A stretch of 64,000 bases of DNA from Octopus sinensis (lineage: Eukaryota), in contig NC_043004.1 of assembly GCF_006345805.1 (NCBI RefSeq), positions 11,718,001-11,782,000 of the forward strand, read 5' to 3'. Below are positions 51,740-64,000 of this stretch, one piece after another (the first letter of the stretch is position 1; every line of letters begins with the position of its first letter). The notes beneath the pieces were generated by a model that was not told where the DNA came from, did not search any database, and was given only the letters and a program-made list of their open reading frames with translations. The position numbers and the translations under genes are program-made.

Positions 51740-52503
51740 TATCTGACAGGTCTTGTTGCACTTTCTCCATAGACTTCTTTTCCATTATGTCATTCATATT
51801 TTTCGTGTCTTTTCCTTCATCACGCTGCCACCAAGACCTTCATATTTACTCTCTCTCTATATATTTTTTGGGCATTCTATATTACTTTAATTTTCGCTTA
51901 TATTTTCTTTCTATACATACAATATTTTTTCACCCTTCCTTTCTTCTCTAAAATAGCATGTTCAGAACGCTTCTCAATTGACCATTTTCTATTGAACATC
52001 AGCAGTATCTTTACATAACGCCAACCACCTCGTTCTCGTGTATTGTTCCTCCGTTTACACAACCACTTGCATTGCTTTATCTATCTCTCCTCCTGCCGCA
52101 ATTCTCCTTCACTTTCTCTTTTTACTCCCCTTCCTGTCCCTTCTACTTCTTCTTCATCTCCTGCTTCTCTTTCTCCGTATCATGTTACTCTTTCTCACTG
52201 CGTCAACATCACCGTTGTTTGATAGGAGAAATTTGACCGATCCGAAGGATGTCTTGGGAAATGTATGGACTGGCTTTTATCGATTAGTGACGTTTTCTTC
52301 ATTTTTTTTCATCATTTGTATATATATATATAAATATATATATGGATACATATATACATATGTATGTGCGTATGTATGCATACACACATCTTCATATATA
52401 CGTATATACATAAATACAATACATATTTCTATACATATTAACATATATATATATATACGTATATATATACGTATATATATATATATTATAATATATATAT
52501 ATA

Positions 52504-52538
<35 letters not shown>

Positions 52539-53146
52539 TATGCATGTATGTATATTTATATATATATATTATATATATGTGTGTGGTGAATATACATACA
52601 TACATATTAACATGTATGATATGTGTGCTTATGTATATATGTACATGCTTGTACGTTGTTTATTTCCCTTCTTTCTACAACTTGGATAATGTCTTCATGT
52701 CTTCTGGGCACAGAGTGAACATCCGGCCATTCCTTATAGATGGCTGGCTGACAGGCTGGATAGGGGGATGGATGAAGAATGGTTAACTGATGTTTTCTGA
52801 ACAGTTTGTACAGCTTTCCACATTTTAAATTTAATATCGACGATGACGTTAGTAGACATTAAGTTTCCTTGGTCGGCCATATTGGAATAGTAATGGAAGA
52901 TCGTATTTATGTAAAGTCTTCGATTTACTTCTTGGTGAAAGACCTGTAGTAGACTAATGGGTGTGCTTAGATACTTATCTATCCATCCATCTAATCTATC
53001 TATCTATCTGTCTGTCTGTCCATGTCTCACTCCACATCTGCGCACACACACACACACACACCACACACCACACACATACACACACACACACACACATACA
53101 CATATAATGTGGTGTGTATGTATATATATATATACATATATGTATG

Positions 53147-53246
53147 NNNNNNNNNNNNNNNNNNNNNNNNNNNNNNNNNNNNNNNNNNNNNNNNNNNNNN
53201 NNNNNNNNNNNNNNNNNNNNNNNNNNNNNNNNNNNNNNNNNNNNNN
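53147..53246. other. Assembly gap (100 N)
   Basis: Run of N. Confidence 1.
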
Positions 53247-53762
53247 AGAAAGAAAGAAAGATAGATAGAACGATGGAGTGTTGTAGAAGATATACAGAAG
53301 AAAACCAAAGTTATTAAGAATGAAAACTCTGTAAACCCAGACAAATTGTAATCAATAAATAATAAAGGAAATTGAAAGGTAAAATTTTCTAATATCAATT
53401 AAATAAATGGAAAAAAAATTATAAAAGACGTTTGAAGAATGATAAAAAATAAACAAAAATAAATACGTAAATATACGTGTGTGTATGTGTGTGCATGTGT
53501 AATCCGTATACATATATACGTGTGTGTGTGTCTATGCGTGTGAGTGCGTCTATATATATATATATACATGTCTGTATGTATGTCACTATATATGTGTATA
53601 TATACATGACTGCCTGTGTATGTGTGTAATGTATGTATATAGATACGTAAATAAGGTATGCGCGAATATGTATATACGTATACATACATATATAAAGAGG
53701 AAGTGAGATAAAGACACAGGTAGACAGGCAGATATATACATATATATGTGTGTGTGTGAGTA

Positions 53763-53793
<31 letters not shown>

Positions 53794-54238
53794 TATGAGT
53801 ATAAATATATATATATGCGTGTATGTATATATATAAATATATATATTATATATATATATGTGTATATATATACTTATATATTATATATATATATACGTAT
53901 ACACGCAATTATATAATGTACATATGTGTATATGTGCGTATGCGTGTAGGTATGTATGTATGGATGGTTGGATGGATGAATGGATGTATGAATGATAATA
54001 AATCGATAAAGAACACGATAGGTTAATAATTATGAAAAACAAAAACAGAGAATCACAGATCTTGCTGTAAACACAAACAGAAATGTAAAATGTTGTGAGA
54101 AAAATACACAAATACATTAAAGACGCTTCGTAAAATACATAAAAAAGAAAAATTTTTTAAAATCAACAGGATTATGGAGAGCAGAACTGAAGAGAATAAA
54201 GAAACTACAAGAAAAAGAAGCATGCATACATACATACA

Positions 54239-54285
<47 letters not shown>

Positions 54286-54391
54286 CATATATATATATGC
54301 ATATATATATAATATGCATATATATATATGTATGTATATATATGCATATATATATCTATGTATATATATACATATATATATATATATATGC

Positions 54392-54422
<31 letters not shown>

Positions 54423-54821
54423 CGCATAGGTAGATAGACACGTACAATGAGGTAGACAGAGATATACATACATACACATATAGATATGCATATTAGGTAG
54501 GCATATAAATATACATGTGTGTATATATATATATATACAAACACACACATATATGTATACACTTACACAGACCCACGTACACACAAATATACATACAATC
54601 ATACATACATTTATGTATGTGTGTATGTGTGTGTATGTATGTATGTATGTGTGTGTGCGTGTGTGTGTGTGTGTATTCATAGAAATAATGGTAGAGAGAT
54701 GGGGTGAGTATGAGAATTATTTTCTGATAATCCTGTACAAAATACAGGAAAACTCTATGCTTCTCTTTTGTATTCTTTTCTCACAAGTTTTATCATATAC
54801 AGCTACGTTGATATTATGTGC

Positions 54822-54877
<56 letters not shown>

Positions 54878-55634
54878 AATACAACAGATATATAGAGAGA
54901 TAATAATTCACATAGCAATCGATAAGCACGGAATGCGATATGTTTTTGTGAAAAAATATATATGCATACATTTCATATTGGAGATATCTTTAGTCTCGTG
55001 AGACCACAGATTTGCGCCTGAAAAATCTCGTTTCGATCTTGTTGTCTGAATAGCATCTGAAAATAAGTCAGATCCCTGACAACACCAGATCCCGAAATCA
55101 ATGTCTGCCTCACTGGGGTCTCCTAAGGTTGGCGCCTCTATTTCTACCGCCTTTGGCTGTCCCCTTGTTATTTTCTCTTTACTTCTTTTTTTCTGTAGAA
55201 GACCCTTACGTGACATTTACAATTCATAAAGCAACTAAATCTTCTTATTAAACCTTTCAATGGGTTACATCTCTTGGGTACCCTTGTGGTCTTCGCGAGT
55301 CATTAGGACCCAGATATATTTCCTCCTTCCTCATGCTGTCCAAGTCACCTCTGCGCTCACTACATGCCCGTACAAATAATCTGGCAATGTCCATTAACAA
55401 AGGATCAGCATCCATTCCAATATCTGTGGCAATGGTCATGTGCTTTGGATTAATCTTATGCGCAGATGTTTGATGAACTAGCTAGCATAGTTTCTGATCT
55501 TGTCTCTACTTTTACAAACCACGCTCATGCGTTCATGTAGCTTGTTCTGACCTCGTAGATATAGAACTCACTTTGATACACACTAACCTGATTGCATATG
55601 AAAGCCTCTTCGATTTTATTCTGATATTCTTATA

Positions 55635-55957
55635 TTCTTTTATTCTTTTACTTGTTTCAGTCAGTTGACTGCTGTCATGTCGGACTTATTCTTTGAAAGT
55701 CTAGTACTTATTCCATCTGTCCTTTTGCCGAACCGCTAAGTTATGGAGACGTAAACTCACAAACATTGGTTGTCAAGTGATGGTTGGTGGGAGGACAAAC
55801 ACATACACAAAGACACACATATGACAGGCTTTTTTCCACCTACCAAATCCACTCATGCAATAATAGAAGACACTTGCCCAAGGTGCCACGCAGTGGGACT
55901 GAAACCGGAACCATGTGGTTGGGAGCAAGCTTCTTTCCACACAGCCATTCCTGCGCC
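55635..55957 (-). mobile_element. SINE family A, internally deleted copy
   Basis: Head GGCTGTGTGGAAAGAAGCTTGCTCCCAACCACATGGTTCCGG, GGCACCTTGGGCAAGTGTCTTC, shortened tail. Confidence 0.85.
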
Positions 55958-56073
55958 TATATTTATTCATGTACCTTAAAGAGTAGTATGTCACCTTCCA
56001 CATCGCTCTTTTCTGAATAAATTCGGCGGACAAGGAGGTACTCTCTTTTGTCATAGTTATCCTTATCTCTCTT

Positions 56074-56137
<64 letters not shown>

Positions 56138-56534
56138 TTTTTTAAATCGTGCTCAAATCTAATAACTCCTTTTGAGCAACAACGTCTTCAAAAGCTGAAA
56201 TTCTCTTACTCATAGATGTTTTTGTCTTTTCTGATGCTGTTTTTATTATTATCAAAATTATTGTTTTCAACACTTATCTATTTTGTGTATTGTATTAGTT
56301 AAATTTTGAGTGCATGTTAGTTTTTTTTTTTAGTTTTTGTCGCAAAATAATTTTTTTAAGCTAATTCTACTACCACAATGGCAACTAGCTCTTATTGCCA
56401 CTTCTGACGTAGCCATCATGAAGTATATATACATAATGAAAATGATTTTTTTTTTTTGCCAAAAATTTGTAAAGTGTCAAACGACAGGCTTGTCTTATTG
56501 CCCTAAGTAATGGGATAAATATGAAAATGGTTTC

Positions 56535-56745
56535 AGGCGGCGAGCTGGCAAAATCGTTAGCACTCCGGGGAAAATGCTTCGCGGCATTTCATCCGTCTTT
56601 ACGCCTGCCTTTTGACCGACCTTTCGAGGTCGATGAAATAGGCACCAGTTGAGCACTGGGGTCGATGAAATTGACTGGCCCCTTCCCACGAAATTGTTGG
56701 CCTTTTGCTGCCAAAATGTGAAACCAACATGAAAATGGTTCGAAG
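56535..56745 (+). mobile_element. SINE family B monomer
   Basis: AGGCGGCGAGCTGGCAAAATCGTTAGCAC head and decayed central motif. Confidence 0.8.
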
Positions 56746-57557
56746 CCTTTTGGTGGTAGAAAAAAAAAAGACAAAAATTTATTTTCATAATGTAATCAAG
56801 AAACTGAATTTCTACACGGAGTCTCTGCAAAACGTGACCGTTTACAGCGAACACCTTCGCCAACAACAAGAAAGACCACAGTAGCAACAACTATTACCTG
56901 GACGATGGCGCCGGCACCGGTGGCGGTGACAGCAGTGGTGGCGATGGCTGCAGCGACGGTGGCGGGTATAGCAACAACCCCCGTAACTAGATTGCAACTG
57001 AAATAACTGCAGTAAGACTAAAAACACAACTATATAATGCTACTAAGAAATCACCTTTCTGAAAATATAGTCAGATTTTTCTAAATTAATTAGAGAACAT
57101 GATAAGAAGAACAAACTATTTTCTGTCGATAAGAAAGCAATTACATTACAGCAAAAATATTTGAAATGTAGAAATGTGAAAGAAACTGAAGATAAAAACA
57201 GCACAAAAGCTGGGGAATAAGAAAAACTGTAAAGCGATGAAAGGACACCGAAACGAAATTTCGATATTTAGGTGTGGAAAAGTGTCAAAATAGATCCCGT
57301 TTTAGTCATGAATGAAGAAGTCAGTGTTACGTTGAAAAGATGCCAAAACTGGTTTATTGTTGATCTAAAAACAGGAACGGCCTTGTATTTGTTTTATTCT
57401 TTAGCATGGCTGTATGGTTAAAACGCTCGCTTGACAACCACGTGGTTTGGGGTTCCGTCTCTCGGCATGAGCGTTATACTAATACATCTGTTTGTTTTCT
57501 ACAATCACCTGTCTTCGTCTTTTGTGCTTTGGGGGAATTCTCCCTCTATACATACAC

Positions 57558-57588
<31 letters not shown>

Positions 57589-57619
57589 CTTTCTCTTTTT
57601 CGATTTAGATTAAACTTTG

Positions 57620-58715
57620 AGCGGCCAACTGCTAGGAAACTAGGTTGTGAATGAGGGCATCTTGTTTTGTTCATCATTCTTTGAATCTTAAGAAGCTCTT
57701 GCAGATTTTTACAATGCCAGATATTGTGATCATCAGAAGTGTATGAAGCGAGTTCTCTCCACGGAGGGTTTGTACATTTCCTGTTGCTCCAGTAATAATA
57801 GGTATGAAGGTGTAAGTCTATCCTGGAATACTGGATTAACAAACTCCCTATCGATGGACCATAGATATCCTCTTTCTCCTGTATTTTTCGAACCACATTC
57901 ATGTCCAAATGGTAACTCACACAGTTGTCAATAATGTGGATGATATCTTCAGTCTTGCTCTCGCACTGCCTACATTTGCTGTTTGTCAATGTTTTCTTAC
58001 TTTTATTCAATAGGTACCTGGTAGGGAACTCTTCTTCTACTTCTTGAAAAGCATAGAAACAGACTCTGAAATAGGATGTCATGAACATGTCAGTATTCCA
58101 TGCCAAGCCTTTGACATGATCAATCCCTTCTATGATGGATTGTGTTTTTCGTGCCAAGTACCCGAGTACTATATTCCCAGTGAACTGGTATATTTTTTCA
58201 GTTTTTTTCATTTTGTTCTTTTGATAAATAGATTTTATGTAAGAGCTGATACAGATCTCTCACAATACGCGTTTGATACGACATCAGTACAAACTTGAAA
58301 CCACGGTCATCATCCCTGTGTGGGAAGTATAGCCTGTCTACATCTCCATTGATGTTGAAGTTTCCTGTAAGACTGAGCAGTCTGCGAGTTCAAAAGTCTC
58401 AATAAGTTCTTATAGTGACCAGTTCAAAAATCCAAACAAAGACGTAAGAATAGTCACTACAGAGGTGTTATGAGCGAAATGTTTGTTGTATGCTGAGAGT
58501 CCTGATAAGCATGTTTTCTTTACTCTCCATAGGTATTCATTCCTGGTCCTCTCTTTATTTATTGGTCCATCATATCTGACATTCTCCTCCTGTCCTAGAT
58601 ACTTATAATTGTCACCTGACTTTTGAGGTTGTATTGTCAAGCCGTTCATCTTTAGGTTTTCAGAGGAGGGTACAATTTGGACTCAACAAATTTTCATTTT
58701 ATGTCTGTAACAAAA
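57620..58715 (-). pseudogene. R4/Dong-like RLE-clade LINE, decayed RT C-terminal half, CCHC knuckle and 3' end
   Basis: NYKYLGQEEN...NEYLWRVKK...LSAYNK, GDVDRLYFPHRDDDRG, CRQCESKTEDIIHIIDNC (C-x2-C-x8-H-x4-C), VVRKIQEKEDIYGP; 3' part homologous to 4340-4620. Confidence 0.8.
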
Positions 58716-59334
58716 TTGGGTAATGCAGTCGAATTGTTTTGTTTTTTGTTGTTTTGTGTGTATGTGTGTGTGTGTGCGCGCGCGCGCGTGTGTGTGTGTG
58801 TGTGTGTGTGTGTTTGATATTTGGCCCGTACTGTTTCAAGTTAACAAAGAAAAGATAAGAGAAACTTTTGGATCCATTTTTATGTTTTGTGAGCAGGTAT
58901 CATAATAGATTTAATGAGAGGACGAAGAGCATCTCTGACACACTATCTCTCTGAGGGACTTCTTTTTGGTCTGGAATGGTATCAGGCATAATTTTCTAAT
59001 TGTATGTACGCACGAACGTATATATGTATGTATGTATGCATGCATGCATGTATGTATGTATGTATGTATGTATGTATGTATGTATGTATGTATGTATGTA
59101 TTTATGTATGTATGCATGTATGTATGTATGTATGTATGTATGTATGTATGTATGTATGTATGTATGTATGTATGTATGTATGTATGTATGTATGTATATA
59201 TGTATGTATGTATGCATGCATGTATGTATGTATGTATGTATGTATATATGTATGTATATATGTATGTATGTATTTATGTATGTATGTATGTATGTATGTA
59301 TGTATGTATGTATGTATGTATGTATGCATGGGGG

Positions 59335-59985
59335 TATCTTTGTGCCTGTGTTTGATCATCAGCACCACTTGACAACTGGTACTGGTTTATTTATGTCCCG
59401 TAACTTAGCGGTTCGGCAAAGAGACCGATAGAATAAGTACTTAACTTTAAAAAAGAAAGACGTACTGCGGTCGATCACTTCGACTGAAAACCATTCAAAG
59501 CTGTGCTCCAGAATGGCCGCAGTCCAATGACCGAAACTAAAAGAAGAAAGATACAAGATGAAACACGTTTGGCAATGAACTCCGTGGAAATTAGCCTTGG
59601 TCAAATGGAAACTCACGTACAGGAACGACTGAATACGTAGTTAAGTCATACGCGATGAGAATTAAATTGTTTGATTTCAACTGAATTACCAGCTTCTGAA
59701 TCAATGTAGACGTAGTTGAGCGTTCCACACACACACGTGTATCCTTAATGTAATTCTCAGGCAGAATCAGCGTGACTCAGTTTGTAACAAAGCTGACTCT
59801 TATGGTTTAAGGGTCCCATCCACCTGACGAACTTCTATACAATTTCCGTCTACTCAGTTTCACTTAAAAAGTATGAACCGATCCGAGGGTATAGTAAGCA
59901 AAACTTGCCCAATATGCCATCCAGTGACATTGAACCCGGAATCTGGCGCTTACGAAGCAAACGTCTTAACTATTCATCCATAGTG
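59335..59985. mobile_element. Cluster: SINE A tail (+, 59335-59545), SINE C piece (-, about 59705-59800), SINE A head (-, about 59835-59985)
   Basis: Motif matches to the fuller copies listed above. Confidence 0.7.
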
Positions 59986-60293
59986 CACTGCACCCACATC
60001 TATACAAACATATACATAGACATACATATATGTGTGTATATATATATATGTATATATAAATACAGATAGATAGATATCTGTGTATATGTGTGTATGTATA
60101 TGTATGTATATGTGTGTAAATATATATATATACTTATATATACCAATTAAGGACTGCACACGAAAAGTGGACAGTCAACATGCTAGATATAGACGTCAAA
60201 TCGCCATTCTCCACAAAAGGTTTATGTTCTCAGATCAAACTCAGCAAAACCAAAGCAATTATATACTTATATATAAATTATAAATTATATACT

Positions 60294-60326
<33 letters not shown>

Positions 60327-60951
60327 ATAATAATAATAATATAATAATAATAATAATAATAATAATATAATAATAATAATAATAATAATAATAGTAATAA
60401 TATTAGGAATATAACTCCAAACTTATAGGAAAAAATTCAATTTAGTATTAAATCAAATTTCACAGTATAAATATATAAACTTCAAAGATAAATACATATT
60501 TCTATCTATTATTTTACCTTAAAAATAAATATTTAACATCATAAACGTGTTGTCGGAAATATCCTAATGTTTTAAGTTTCTAATTTAGTTAACGGAGATT
60601 TTTCTGTAAGAAAAATTATTATTTTATTTATTTCTTAAATAAATATTGTTTAACTCTATTTGCTTATTTATTTAACTATTATCATTAACCTGAAGATTGA
60701 CTATAATTTTCATTCGAATTTATTTCAATTGAATTTAAACTTAATTGTAATTCGAATTTAATTGTGGCCATGAAACATACGTAGTATTTTTACTTATATA
60801 TTTATCATTAATTTTATACTTTTTGAGATCTAGTTATAAGTTATATATTTAAAAAAATATATTTATATATATATTATTTGCTATTTATGTATTGGTTTCT
60901 GTATTGGTTTATGCCTATCACTGTTTGAGTTGCATAATAGTAGTTTTATTT

Positions 60952-61025
<74 letters not shown>

Positions 61026-62106
61026 ATATATATATTTCGTTTTGAGATTTGGTTTGCAAGATTCTTGATGTGAGTTCTTTTGTGTATATATATATATATT
61101 ATTTAAAATCAGCAGAACTATAACAAAAGCTGTTACTCAGTCTCAAGTTCCCGTTCGTCCGACGAACGGGTCTTTTTTCCACTTTGTTTCACATTTACGT
61201 GCTTACTCCGGTATATATATATATATATATATGTCTGTGTGTGTGTGTACATGTGGGTGTGTATGTGTATCTGTATGCTGATATAGATAGCTATCCAGTC
61301 ATACATACATACATACATACATACATACATACATACATACATACATACATACATACATACATACATACATACATACACACATACATACATACATACATAA
61401 GTTTCTTCTTGATTACTTCACAGTATCAACAACACTCGAGATGCATACAAATATAAAATAACAAATAAACATTAAGATGGATGGGTTGTAGTTCGGCGAA
61501 CGAACGATAAAGTTCGCCGGATCAAAGTTAACTTGTAACGTATGGAAACTACTTAGAGGTTGTCGCTTCATCCAAATTCACACACACATACGAGGCAATT
61601 TTAAAACTTCGTAATAGACAAAAATGTCCTGTTTTCTCAGTGAAGTGTATAAAACGTTTTATATTTGTGAACATTTGTTATATTTGAAATTGTCGTTCTC
61701 AGAACAAAACAGAAAATAAACCGTTAACTATAAAAAAAAACGGTGATTTTTTTTTCCTTCCGCCACTATTAATATTAAGTGCAGTCTGTATGGGGATGTA
61801 TATATATATATATATATATATTGAAATGATAACTATGACGTGCCCGTTACTCTTCAAGATATACGAACTCCTACTCAAAAGTGATTCTACTCTATAAGGT
61901 TTCATCAATTATCCCCTTTACCAAACCAGTTTATTATTTCACATATTTGTTTTATTTTCTTTGTTAATTTATTTTTTATCGATTAATAACTGTAGTTCAT
62001 TCATATATTTTATCATAATTATTATTATTATATTATTATTATTATTATTATATTATTATTATTATTATCATTATTATTATTATCATTATTATTGTTATTA
62101 TTATTA

Positions 62107-62166
<60 letters not shown>

Positions 62167-62430
62167 CATCATCATCATTATTATTTTATTATTTAAATCT
62201 TTTAACATTTTTTTCATTTTTATTTCTTCATATCTGCTTAATTTCTACTTCCACTCTTTCGTATTTTCATTCACCTCTGAATCATCTCATCGTTATTTCA
62301 TTTATTGTTTTGCTGTGTTTAATTGTTTATTTGTTTTTATGTCTATTCGTTGGCTGGTTGGTTGGCTGGCTGGTTTGTTGGTTAAGCACCTTTATTTTAA
62401 GCGAAGACGTTGGATATCTTTGTAACGCTA

Positions 62431-62465
<35 letters not shown>

Positions 62466-63519
62466 GTATATATGTATGTGTTATATATGTGTGTGTATAT
62501 ATATATATACAAGTATATGTATGTATGTTTATATATATTTATATGTATATATGTATTTGTATATTTATGTATATATATATATATGTATGTATATATGTAT
62601 TTATGTATGTATACCTGTATGTCTGTCTTTGTAATTCTCCCTTTCTCTCTCTTTCCCCTCTCCCCCTTTCCCCTCTCCCTCTCTCTCTCTCCCCCTCTGT
62701 TACATGTATATGTATATTCCATTTGTGTGTGTTTGTGAGTGTTTTGTCTGTTTGTGTGTGCGCGTGTGCGTACGTGTATGTGTGTGTGCATGTGTGTGTG
62801 TGTGTATATATATATACGTTTAGACAGACATACTTAAGAATCTGTTATGATAATGTTTATTAAATGCTCTATCACGCATCAACATATCCTTGTCTTCGCC
62901 TCCTCTGTCTACTACTACTACTACTCTACTACTACTACTACTGCAACTGCTGCTGCTGCTGCTACTACTATTACTACTACAACTACTACTACTCTTTGTC
63001 AGACCTTAATACTTTTAATATTTAATATCCTTACCTTCAATATTTTGTTTGTTTATTACCTTTTTTTCTTTTTAAAGTTGTCCCTGAAATACAAATAAAT
63101 ATATATATATATATATATGTGTGTGTGTATAGAGACATATGTATTTATGCAATTAAACACTGACGATGAATTCTCTGATTTCAAGTAGGATGTTAATTGC
63201 TTCCATTCTTTATGCCTACACACATACACCACACACGCGCGTGCACAAACGCACTTACATACACACAATCACCTTCATACTTACTTTCACTTTCATTCTC
63301 ATAAGTAGACATATTCATGCACGCACATACACATAGATGTACGTCCATAAACACAGACACACAGTAATGTTACATTTACTAACATACATATATACACACA
63401 TCTATGACTATAATAGAGTCCATATAGATTTTTAACTTTGTTAATAATGGATTATTTATCCAAAATGAGGCGTGTGTGTGTGTGCGTGTGTGTATGTGTG
63501 TGTATATGCACGTGTGTGC

Positions 63520-63563
<44 letters not shown>

Positions 63564-64000
63564 TGTAAGCTTTTCAATTATAAATTTTCGATCAGAAGTG
63601 CGATTAAAGATATTTTGCATCTTTTTTCTTCTTTTTTAACTCTTTACTAAATATCACACAATTGCTTAAGTCATTAGCCAAGCTTTACCGAAATGAAGAA
63701 TGCAATTTGAAGTATGTTTCTGATACTTGTCGCAGAGGTCATGGATGTAAATGAAGGTAGGGGTGGTTGTAACTGATGGATTCTGAGATAGAACTGAATC
63801 CCTTGTAATTCTAAAGAACATGGCTCTTCTGAAATGTAAGAATGCAGTTCAGCTCATTCGAACTTATTTAATTTTCTACTTTATACTTTACCGCTATAAT
63901 TCTTTCAGCCTGTCACTGAATAAAAGCGAAAGTTAACACCATTGAGAACTAAACTATGTTCGGAATATAGTGTACATACAAACGTAAAGTTTAATGTTCC

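Noticed and set aside
54990-55600. Non-repetitive 600-nt stretch that may be a retroelement relic
   Set aside because: Only vague resemblance to RLE-LINE or BEL/Pao motifs in different frames; cannot assign without a BLASTx search.
61150-61180. Bacterial rho-independent terminator interpretation
   Set aside because: A one-nucleotide loop and eukaryotic repeat context; no prokaryotic genes nearby.

Overview
Eukaryotic, AT-rich, microsatellite-saturated window with one 100-N gap (53147-53246). The repeat content (tRNA-head SINEs carrying internal microsatellites, vast (TA)n/(TACA)n/(AAT)n fields) points to a coleoid cephalopod, probably Octopus; this is inference, not a database result. I cannot support any host protein-coding gene, and almost all listed ORFs are translations of simple repeats. 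The real content is mobile DNA: (1) a 3.7-kb CR1/L2-group LINE on the minus strand (25567-29235) with a CCCH-finger ORF1 remnant, APE endonuclease, RT and 3' tail, broken mostly by +/-1 homopolymer indels; (2) many copies of three SINE families; (3) R4/Dong-like RLE-LINE fragments; (4) Penelope-like RT fragments with degenerate hammerhead-like motifs; (5) a canonical non-autonomous Helitron, a Tigger-like MITE, and mariner and MULE remnants; (6) several 200-500 bp foldbacks. Best leads: the LINE and the dominant SINE share a 3' end whose hairpin shows compensatory changes (candidate LINE/SINE partner system); hammerhead-like relics, two of them beside a Penelope-like RT fragment; a non-coding element flanked by (TAA)n on both sides in two copies; and a minisatellite built from a SINE 5' end with higher-order structure. 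All alignments were made by eye, so boundaries are approximate.
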